Source of the DNA: an uncultured Verrucomicrobiae bacterium
GTDB lineage: Bacteria > Verrucomicrobiota > Verrucomicrobiia > Limisphaerales > JAFGQR01
Direction: 5' to 3'
NCBI GenBank assembly: GCA_963788655.1
Contig: CAWBHS010000027.1
Location: forward strand, 32,001-96,000
DNA length: 64,000 nt
Below the pieces are notes generated by a model. It did not search any database, had not been told where the DNA came from, and saw nothing but the letters and a program-made list of their open reading frames with translations. Position numbers and translations under genes: made by a program. Each line of letters starts with the position of its first letter. Positions within the stretch are counted from its first letter, which is position 1. Of the stretch, positions 55,501 through 64,000 are shown one piece after another.

Positions 55501-56251
55501 GTCGATCGCGAAAGGACTGGATCCTTGCGCACTCATGCCGTACACGGGGTGGATCAACTGATAATAAAGATGGGAACCCAAGGAATAGTTATTTTCGTGG
55601 ATGTGGGAAGGTGCTTCCCCCCAGATGTTGGTACCAGCAAAGCGAGCAATGAACCCTGATTGAGGGCAATCGGCGGGGCTGAAATCATTGTTAATGCCGG
55701 CAAGAAAGATGTCGTCGGCCCCCGTGCCATCCATGTCCTCCACCACTGGTTGCATCACCCCGCCCGGATTCCAGGTACGATCCCAGGAGCATCCCATTCG
55801 TGCCTTTGTACAGCGCCATAAGTCCAGGGAACCAGCCATACGGGGTGCATTGGACGAGCAATTCCTCGGCACCGTCCCCGTCGAGGTCGCAGGGAGTTAC
55901 ATTCGCGGGATTCATTCGGGCACCCGGCGCCATGTTGTTGTAATCCTCGGAGACCAGGCTCCAAACCGGGACTTGCGGGGTGCCGGTATTGCGGAAATAA
56001 AACACGGCCCCACCATTTCCCCGACCGGCGTTGCCCACAAACAAGTCGAGTCGCCCGTCGTTGTCGATGTCCACCAAAGTTGGCGAAGCCTGCCCCATCC
56101 CTCCTTCAAACAACGGCCGGCGCGTTCCCCCTGACAATCCTTCGTAAACCCGCTCCCACGAGGGATCGGTGGCTGCACGTGTCTCAACCACGCCCGTCGC
56201 CCCAAGTGCCAGAATGCTTGCCCAAGTGAGAATTGCACGAACTGATTTCAT
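49522..56251 (-). CDS. Giant secreted protein: FG-GAP repeats + P-domain + two C13/legumain-like domains + FYR C-terminal domain (about six frameshifts)
   Basis: Signal peptide at 56251; many DxDGDG..DL repeats; HTYREDL..LVSPQGT..GTWKL P-domain; YLVDHG and IDCCYSGSF; AFYRARL end; consecutive ORF pieces continue motif patterns across frames. Confidence 0.75.
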
Positions 56252-56471
56252 AAGCCCAATTGGTTTTCTAAGGTTTTCTAAGGTTCAACCAAAGCAATCG
56301 TTTCCCAATGCTTCCTTTCATGGAGGGTGCGCGCATCATACAGGTTTCTACCCTATTGGCCAGTCCAAAAGTGGTGTTCCACGGCAGCAGCGGTTGTTGC
56401 CCGACGACGCCGACATCGCCAAGGCTCGGCGTGCGTCTCTTGAAAGTATGGAAATCCCGTTGCATCGCAGC

Positions 56472-59400
56472 TCAGAGATTCAACGTAAGGCGCGCATAGA
56501 ACACCCGTCCGCGGGGGATACTCGGGGTGGTAGTTGAGCGGGCTGAAACTGTAATCCTGGTTCAACAGATTCATGAGTCCCAGAGTGAGATCACCGCGGC
56601 GATGAGGGAAACGGTAGCCGACAAACACGTTCAGCAATTGAAAATCATCGCCCGGCGGTCCAGCCTTCGAACCATCAAGCTGCTGCAGGATTTCCCAAAA
56701 ACCTCCACGGGCAAAAATACCGGACTGATCGTACCAGGTAGCCGTCAGCCCCCACTGATGCCAATCCGCCTCGGAGCGGATTGTGCGCTGGTAAGTGGGC
56801 GTAGCCGGAATGTCCGGTCGCGTCTGCTCGAGTTCGGATCGGGTGAATTGATACTCCGCGCCCAAAGCCCATTGGCGTCCCACGGTCTGGTTCAGAATGG
56901 CCCGCGCGTTGAACTCGCGGTAATTCAGGATTTCGCTGGTGCTAGCCTGTTCCGTGGTGCTTGGGAGGAAGTTGGCATGGAAGAGCCCCACTGCCTGATC
57001 CACCTTCTCCCGAAGGACTTCCCCTTGCAGGCTCAACCAGGCATTTTTCCAGGGCCGGAGGTCGAACGCACCCCCGATAAGCTCATACCGGGGCGCTTCC
57101 ACCGAACCCACGATGGACTCCGAGATCAGGGAGCGGAAGGACTGATTGAACCCGGCGAGCTGGGTCGGTTCTAGCCGAACGCTGCCATCGTAACTCACTC
57201 CGCCGACGCCTTGGGCATAAGCGGTTCGGGCACGCAATCCGGAGGTAATGTCCCACAGCACGGCGCCCTTGGGGGAAACCTGGGACTGTTCCGACTGCTT
57301 GTTGTTCAGCGGTGGCCGGCGATAGTTGGCCGGATAGGTCAAGTCGTCGTAGGCCAGCCCACCGATGAGCATGAGGCCGTCCACGATTTCCCAGTGATGA
57401 TAAGTGTAGAGCGAGAGCCGCTGGAAGTCCGTGTCAGTGGCAGAAGTTTCCGGCAGAGTCCACGGGAGTGAAGTTTGGGCGGGGTTGTCCAGCGACGCAA
57501 TCGCTTCAAAGTGACCATCCTGATAGCGGGCACCGAGGATGTCCGTGTGGCGCTCGCGCTGGAACACCTGGTTCAGCTCGGCGGTGTAAGTAACGAACTT
57601 GCTTTGATAATTAACGTCAAACGGAATTGCCCGGGGATCGATCATGTTGGGGGGATTAACGGTTGCGATGATCTGGCCGGCGGCCGTATCGCTCAACTTC
57701 TGATCATTCACCAACCGGCCGCCCAGGAACAGCGTATGAATGCCGGGGGACCATTCGTGATGCCAGCCGGCAAGGAGCATAGGCGCCTGCGTTTCTGAAT
57801 AGTCAAAGTCCGGGCGAGCGAAACTAGCGTCGTAATACTGAAAATTGTCGCCGGCCTGGTAATCCTGGTATTTGATCAGGGCGAGGGCGGAGTCGTTGGG
57901 AGTCACCTGGTATTTAAGCTGACTGTACCACTCGAGGCGGTTGAGTTCATTGTTGGGCCGCACGCCCTCGTTGTGCTGCCAGTCGAGGTCCAGTGAATAG
58001 CTGAAAGGGCCCACCGCTCCATATTGGGACGCGCGTTCGCGGTATTGCCCATCGGTGCGCAGCTCGGAGGTTGTGGTCAGCCCCAACCGGTCGTGCGCAA
58101 AAAGCCGGGCATACTCCTGCTGGGAAACATTGGCCGAAATCGTGGGCACCCCTGGCGGGGCCTGTAAGTTGGCCAGCAGCAATTCGTTAAACCAGGGGGT
58201 TTCGTAACGCAGGTTGAACCGGGTGGGATCGCGCAGCGCATCGTAGCTTTGCGCCAGGAACAGGTGGGCCGAGTAGTTGGCATAGTCGTATTCCGTTGCA
58301 CGGGCAGCCTCCCGCAGGCTGACATCATACAAACCCGCATCCCGGTAAATGGAAGCCAGATTGGCGCTCCTAACCGCCTGGTCCTGATCGAGGAGCAAGT
58401 GCGACCTGAAAAGGACACGGTTGGTATTCAGATCCTTTGACCGTCCGAGGTCGCTGATGGCTTCGTTGATGCGATTCTGTTCCTGTCGAAGCAAAGCCAG
58501 GTAAAGCCATGGCGTCGGATCTGCGGGATCCAGTTTGCTCGCGTAATTCAATTCCTTCTCGGCCAACCGGAGATCCCCAGCTTCGGTATATCCCTTGCCG
58601 AGATAGCTGCGTAGCAGAGCACGATCCGGCTCCAAGCCGGCTGCTGCTTGCAGATCCGCCAGCCACGCTTCCTGTCGGGGTGACGATCCGGCCTCGTGCG
58701 CTTGGAACCAGCCAAGACGACGCTCGCACAGGCCGCGGCCGAGCCAGGCGTTGCCGAGCGCGGAGTCCAACTGTATGGCCTCATTGAAGCAGCGGAGAGC
58801 ATCCTTGATGTGGTTGTCGGCAGCCAGGAGAAAGCCCTTCAGCGCGTGCGCCTGCGCATTGCGTGGCGCGAACCGCAAGGCTTTTTCGACCGCCTCGCGA
58901 GCCGCCCGTGTATGGCCAAATCCAAATTCCAGCTCGGCCACCCGGGCCCACCCAAAGCCGAACCGAGGGGATTGCGCCACCGCCTCGCGGGCATCGCGCA
59001 AGGCCTGTTTGAGGTCATGCGCCGACTGATGCTGGTAGGAAAGAGCCAGCCATTCACTTGCGGAGCGTGATGCCGCGACAATCGCTGGAATCCCAACTCT
59101 CGAACCGCTCGGAATGTCTTTTCGCGACACGGCGGCAATCACGGTACGCAGTGCAATCGCGGCGGATAACGGCTGAGATAGCTTGCGCAACTGGGCCTCG
59201 GCTTCATCAACACTTCCCACCGCCAAGTGCAGCGCGGCCAGCAGCACCCGCTGGGCATCAGTGGTTGCCGGGCGCAACGTTGGATACCCTGGCCACGCTT
59301 TCAAGGCGCTCAGCAAGTCGCCCGCGCGATACGCATTCAGGCTCGCCTCTAGCAACGCCTGATCTTCCGGCAGTAGGCCAATTTCATCAGGATCCAGCAC

Positions 59401-60163
59401 GCCGGGGTAATGAATCCACCATTGGACGATGTTCGTGGCCTGGAGCACCGGATGCACTTCAATAAGGAGACCTGGAACAACGATGCCCTGCTGTCCGCTA
59501 CGAACCGTCTGGGTGTCCACGTCGTTGCTTACCTCAACCTCACCGTCAAACATAACAAACTCGGTGTGATCCTTTTCCACCACCACCAGAAATTCCGTTC
59601 CGTGTGGCGTGGCACGCGAGTGTGGTGTCTCGATGAGTGCTTGCGGAGATGGCAGCCGGCTGGAAACGCGCAGTTGTCCTTCCGTCACATATACGATGGG
59701 CTCGTTGGTGTTGGCGTTCGGGAAGCGAATCGCTCGCGGGTATGGCCGGCGACCGGGAACGCGCGCTTGTCTTCCAGTCATATAGACGACGAGTTCATTG
59801 GTGTCGGCGGACGGAATGTGAATCTCCAGCGTGGTCAACTGCTTGAGCATCAGTAGATTCTCGTCCAGGAATTTCACGGCGGCCCGGCTGTGCGCCAGCG
59901 TGCGCAGGGAGTCGCCGTTGATCAATTCCTTCACGGGCTTGGCTTCCGACTCGACGGTCAGACGTTGATGCCGGGCATGACCTTCTCGCTCGGGACATCT
60001 GGCCTGCCTGTTCACTGATCTCCACCTCATTGATGCTCACGGCGGCCCCATAGGTGTCCGGCGGCAGGCGCACCGCGGCGCATAGCAGGAGAACGCCGGC
60101 GAGTTTGACGGCTCCGGGCGCCCACCTGGGGGTGGGCATCTGTCGTCGCTGGTGAGAGTTCAT
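56472..60163 (-). CDS. FecR-domain + TPR + TonB-dependent-receptor-like beta-barrel protein (frameshifts near 59995 and 56515)
   Basis: GDSLRT, IETPHSRATPHGTEF..FDGEVEV FecR motifs; TPR helices; barrel with SPKGAVLW and NLLNQDY; alternative-frame end VFYARLTLNL. Confidence 0.75.
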
Positions 60164-60219
60164 GGATTCCCCTCCGTCGGCTCAATTGTCGGCATCCAGA
60201 GTGGACCCCAGCAGATCTT

Positions 60220-61003
60220 TCACCCAAGGGCAAGGTTACCGTCCTCCTCGTCAGCCATCAGTTTCTTATACAGGCCGGTGAACTGGTCAGCCGGTACAGA
60301 TTCGAAATCTTGCTGGTTGATCAGCCTGAGCCCACCCAGGGCTTCGGCCAGTTCGGGCAACCATGGGGGAACCGCCTGTTGGACGATCTCCAGCGGCCAA
60401 AGAATCCCTTCATCCGTGATCACCCCTTTACCATCAGGCGCAAAAAGATCGAGGCAATCGGCAACCGCGACGTGCGCCAATCGCAAATGGGATTCCCGTT
60501 CTTGCATCCCAGACGCAGGAAATTGCGGTTGACCGTGCTGGTGACCAGGCGCAGTTCATCCGGACTGAACCGGGCGCAATTCACCACTCGTCATGGACCA
60601 TCGGTTCACCACCGGGGCCAATGAATGGGTGTCCCGGATCCGCACCCTTTTACCCGAAGTGGTCGCGATCAATGGCCGTTTGGGCTGGCGTCGAGGAACA
60701 GCCCCGGAATCACGGTGAGTCCTCTCCAGGGCCCGCATAAGCCGTTCCGGGGCTCCGCTCCGTCGCGGATCCGCCGGTGGATCATTCAAGCGTTGATAGG
60801 GAATAGGAACTGTCCAAGTAAACAGGCCGGGTCCGTTCGGCTCGGTGACGGCCAAGAGGAAGCTGTCCTTTTCGGCCGAACTGCAAGCGGTGGACCCAGC
60901 GTGGTGTGGACCGGCCTAGAACCACGTGGCTGAGCGGAATCCGCTGCCGGTGGCCCACAGGCGCAGGTTCCCGCTACGGGTAGCCGTGACCACAACCTGG
61001 CTA
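60220..61003 (-). pseudogene. Degraded gene remnant(s), partly WD40-like, truncated at the IS end
   Basis: Fragments VVVTATRSGNLRLW and QFGRKGQLLLAV in shifting frames with stops. Confidence 0.3.
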
Positions 61004-62649
61004 TTAGTCCCTTACCGGGAAAATCCTGTGCAAGAGGCGCAACCTATTTGAGGGTTTATGCGCTGGCGTTGGCCAACCCTGGGACGAGCAGGTGTTCCTT
61101 GAGTTTGAGTCCCACCAGCACCGCGCGCCGTCCCAGTTCCGTCAGGTAATACTTGTAGGTCTTGCCGGCTTTTTTGATTAATCCGTGCAGCCGCAGCCGC
61201 TTGAGGATTCGCCCGATCTGGCCGCTGCTCTTTCCCGGCAGCACCGCTTGCAGCCGCCGGTTGCTCATCCCGCTGATTTGATACTCGCCGCGCACGATCC
61301 CCAGCAGCACCGTCAGATCGTGCCCGAGGAAAAAGTTGAACCCGCGCCAACTCCGCTCCCGTTCATCCGTCACTGGCCGGCTGATTTTATCCAAGTTGGT
61401 CGGCCCGCCGCTGCGGTCTTCCAACTCTCCGATAAACTCCAGATACCTTGCACAGCCGGCCCGCATCAACCCGGCCAGATCGCCCAGGCTGAAGATCGAT
61501 TTCTTTAGGTCCGCCACCCGATAGTCGCTGCTGCCATCCCGATGTTCCACCTTGCGGTGGTGTCGATAGAAGCTCACGTCGTTGCTCACGCATTCCAGGC
61601 GCAGCACGCGTCCGGCCTGGTCATACATCTTGATCGCCTGCCGGTTGAGCTGGTGTTTGATGCGCGTGCCTTCGACGCGCGTATGAAAGTCGCTCTGCGC
61701 CTCAGCCTCCGGACTGAGCCGCTTATTCAGGAACCGGGCGATGTCCGGTGCCTTCACCGTGAAGATGGCCTGCCGGCTGATCTCCTGGTAAACCGGACGC
61801 AGGGCGGCGGCGCGCTTGAACACCACGTCCAGCGCATACTCCACCTGCATGAGACTCCAGTGGTAGCCGCCGCGAAACTGTTTGACCACCGGGCAAAACT
61901 CCTCGGCCAGGGCGTGCAGGCGGGCCGCCAACACTCTTGATCTCGAAGCCCTCGACCAACGCCTGGGCCTTCGCCCAATCCCTGCAGGAGACAAACGTAT
62001 TGTCGGCCAGCTCATGGGGGATGGCCGTGCGTGCGCAATTGATTGGCCAGCCAGGCGTGCTGGTTGAAGTAAACTTGCAGCCGGAAGGGCAGCCAGGTGG
62101 GCACGCGCATGTAACCCAGGCCCAACTGCTCGTCGATAAAATAGAAGTAGTAGTGCAGGCACCGTCCGCCCGTGAGCTTGAGTCCCGTCGCGCCCGGTCT
62201 TCTGGTCGTGCCAGGGCTTGAAACATTTGCACGATTCCATGGCGGAGAAGATGTGGACCAAGCCGGGATGCCGTCCGCGCTGTTCAAGAATCTCAGCGAC
62301 CCGCGCTTCCTTGCGCAGCCCCTTACGTTCCAAATACTGGATTTCCAGACCGGCCTGACGGGCCAGCAGGATGGCGTTATCGCGCACCTGATCGCGCAAG
62401 GGTTCGGCGAAGACGCCCAGATCAAAGCAGCGGATATTCAGATGCCGAAGCTGGGCCGTCATGGCGTCGGGATGCCCCACATCGACGAGCATACCAGTGA
62501 CAATGAGACGGTCGTAGCAGCCGAGCGTCCCCTCGATATCTTTGGCGTAACGGTCCAGCAGTTTGGATTGGAGATCACTGCCCGCTTTGATCGGTGCATT
62601 CATGCACCAACTTTACCCAAACTCTTGGTTCCGGCTACGCCGGGTTAGG
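61004..62649 (-). mobile_element. Unclassified IS-like element without terminal inverted repeats (boundaries inferred)
   Basis: Single ~515-aa ORF; end motif TTGGTTCCGGCTACGCCGGGTTAGG with hairpin; TTAG near both ends; abuts a truncated gene. Confidence 0.65.
61056..62603 (-). CDS. Putative transposase with C-terminal winged HTH (three mutually compensating frameshifts, 62190-61935)
   Basis: GCYDRL, CLHYYFYFID..LG..RVPTWLPF (alternate frame), EYALDVVF, IKMYDQ..VLRLE, RLRLHGLIKK..TYKYYLT. Confidence 0.7.
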   Translation of the reverse strand: MNAPIKAGSDLQSKLLDRYAKDIEGTLGCYDRLIVTGMLVDVGHPDAMTAQLRHLNIRCFDLGVFAEPLRDQVRDNAILLARQAGLEIQYLERKGLRKEARVAEILEQRGRHPGLVHIFSAMESCKCFKPWHDQKTGRDGTQAHGRTVPALLLLFYRRAVGPGLHARAHLAALPAASLLQPARLAGQSIAHARPSPMSWPTIRLSPAGIGRRPRRWSRASRSRVLAARLHALAEEFCPVVKQFRGGYHWSLMQVEYALDVVFKRAAALRPVYQEISRQAIFTVKAPDIARFLNKRLSPEAEAQSDFHTRVEGTRIKHQLNRQAIKMYDQAGRVLRLECVSNDVSFYRHHRKVEHRDGSSDYRVADLKKSIFSLGDLAGLMRAGCARYLEFIGELEDRSGGPTNLDKISRPVTDERERSWRGFNFFLGHDLTVLLGIVRGEYQISGMSNRRLQAVLPGKSSGQIGRILKRLRLHGLIKKAGKTYKYYLTELGRRAVLVGLKLKEHLLVPGLANASA

Positions 62650-62666
62650 ATGACCAGCCGTGGAAG

Positions 62667-64000
62667 CTAATCTACTTTCGAGAGCACGAAAACCCGCGAG
62701 GCAAATGGGGGAATAATGCCAGAAAGCGTCAATTCGGCCTGTTCTCCGGTCAGCAGGTCGGTCGCTGCTTGGCCCCGCATGTCCTCGGGAATCTCGTACT
62801 GAAAACGCTTTTTCTCGGAGGCGTTGATGACGACGAAATAGGGGCCGTAGCGCAGCGTGTTCAGCCCCAGCGCTCCGCCTTGGGTGTCCACACAGATGGC
62901 CGTGACCAACCGGTTGATGGTGGGCGTCGTATACTCGAGACGAACCACGCCGTTCGCTGTGCCTTTCGCCCAATCCCGGCCAAACCGGCTTTCCCAGTTC
63001 AGCGACGCGAACAGTCTCGCGTCCCCATGCCGCAAGGCGACGAGGCCCAGGTATTCATCCACCAACGCACTGTCTTCTCCCCGTTCGTCCGGCAACCGGT
63101 AATCCGTGGTTGGCAGGCTGGAGGCGCCGTCATCCTGGGCGTCATTGGCCTTGGCCACCGCCAGCATGACCCGATCCCACAGGCCGCCCACCGATCTGAA
63201 GTTAAGACTCTCCAGTTTGTCCTGGGCGCGGCCATGTTCTTCCCGAAGCTCGAAATAGCGGATCGCAGCCGGTATCCGAAGCTCCTTGGCGGCATATTTC
63301 GAGAGAAAGTAACGTTCAAGCCCAGGAAAACCCCTCATGATGCGCGCACTGATCCATTCCGTATTGCGGAGTGTCCGGTAGCCCTCCGAATCATTGTCCA
63401 GGTAAACGAAGTGCGCGTATGACTCGAAAGCGGTCCGTGCCTTCTGCTCGATCTGGGGATAGCGCGTCAACTCCGCCACCTTGACCAACTGCAGCCCACC
63501 TTTGCCGTAGTTGGCGTCGTATCCGTCCTCCAGCGGCATTCCATCCGGCGAATAGGAATAGGTGTCCCAGATGGGATTCCGGCGAATGCCCACGGCGATT
63601 TCAGCCAGCTCCTCCATCTGCCGGGCATGCGGCTTCGCCCACCGCGGATCGATGATCTTGATGACCTGGTAAACCGAGTTCAGAGCCAGAACATTGTGGA
63701 TCATCTGATTGGCAATCGAACACTTCGCAACCTGCTTGGAATAAAGATCAAAACTGCGGCGCGCCATCCGGGTGTAGGCTTCGCGTCGGCTGACTTCGGG
63801 CGTGCTTGCATCCAGATCGTCATCGATGGATGCTTCCAAAAATCCCCCCTGGTCGAGATCCGGCAGCACCATCCTGAAACCATCCCAGAAGAATCGTTGT
63901 CCGACTTCAAGGCCAGGACTGAAGTTACTGCGATTGGGACCTCCCAGCCAAGTCGGCCAATTCACATCTTTGCCCGGCAGCGGACGCCCCATGAAGCCAC
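62667..64000 (-). CDS. Large hypothetical protein, 5' end outside the window (possibly carbohydrate-active)
   Basis: Open frame of at least 441 aa running to the window edge; no recognised motif. Confidence 0.6.
   Translation of the reverse strand, partial: GFMGRPLPGKDVNWPTWLGGPNRSNFSPGLEVGQRFFWDGFRMVLPDLDQGGFLEASIDDDLDASTPEVSRREAYTRMARRSFDLYSKQVAKCSIANQMIHNVLALNSVYQVIKIIDPRWAKPHARQMEELAEIAVGIRRNPIWDTYSYSPDGMPLEDGYDANYGKGGLQLVKVAELTRYPQIEQKARTAFESYAHFVYLDNDSEGYRTLRNTEWISARIMRGFPGLERYFLSKYAAKELRIPAAIRYFELREEHGRAQDKLESLNFRSVGGLWDRVMLAVAKANDAQDDGASSLPTTDYRLPDERGEDSALVDEYLGLVALRHGDARLFASLNWESRFGRDWAKGTANGVVRLEYTTPTINRLVTAICVDTQGGALGLNTLRYGPYFVVINASEKKRFQYEIPEDMRGQAATDLLTGEQAELTLSGIIPPFASRVFVLSKVD

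Noticed and set aside
61056..61330. MarR-type transcription regulator call for the IS protein
   Set aside because: The winged HTH is only the last ~90 aa of a ~515-aa protein with mobile-element-like ends

Overview
GC-rich bacterial window, most likely Verrucomicrobiota (inference from an H-X9-DG pseudopilin remnant, a PVC-type ECF sigma factor, secreted proteins ending in FYR, and GTAG-ended REPs). 1-8 kb: secreted glycoside hydrolases and a VapBC toxin-antitoxin pair. 8-43 kb: mostly housekeeping and envelope genes (class III aminotransferase, ksgA, nusA-infB-rbfA-DHH-truB-ribF, HpnI-like GT2, GspE/PilB ATPase, lpxD, panD, CysJ-like, YbaK, rhomboid, nucleotide-sugar cluster, DAACS symporter) with many REP, boxC-like and heptamer repeats. 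43-64 kb: accessory region. The most notable elements are: (1) an ORF-less ~800-nt group II intron (47816-48616) whose EBS1/EBS2 match the 5' flank and which appears to start with non-canonical UCGCA; (2) a stand-alone bacterial STING-like domain (11530-12129) with no effector domain or CD-NTase nearby; (3) an IS-like element without terminal inverted repeats whose protein carries Rep_trans/CRI-like motifs and whose end is an ori-like hairpin; (4) a ~2,200-aa FG-GAP/P-domain protein with an active plus an apparently dead C13-type protease domain, next to a FecR-TPR-beta-barrel gene and an ECF sigma factor. About 20 apparent frameshifts, some in conserved housekeeping genes, are probably long-read errors. 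No tRNA, rRNA or CRISPR array was seen. All family calls come from motif recognition by eye; no database searches were run.
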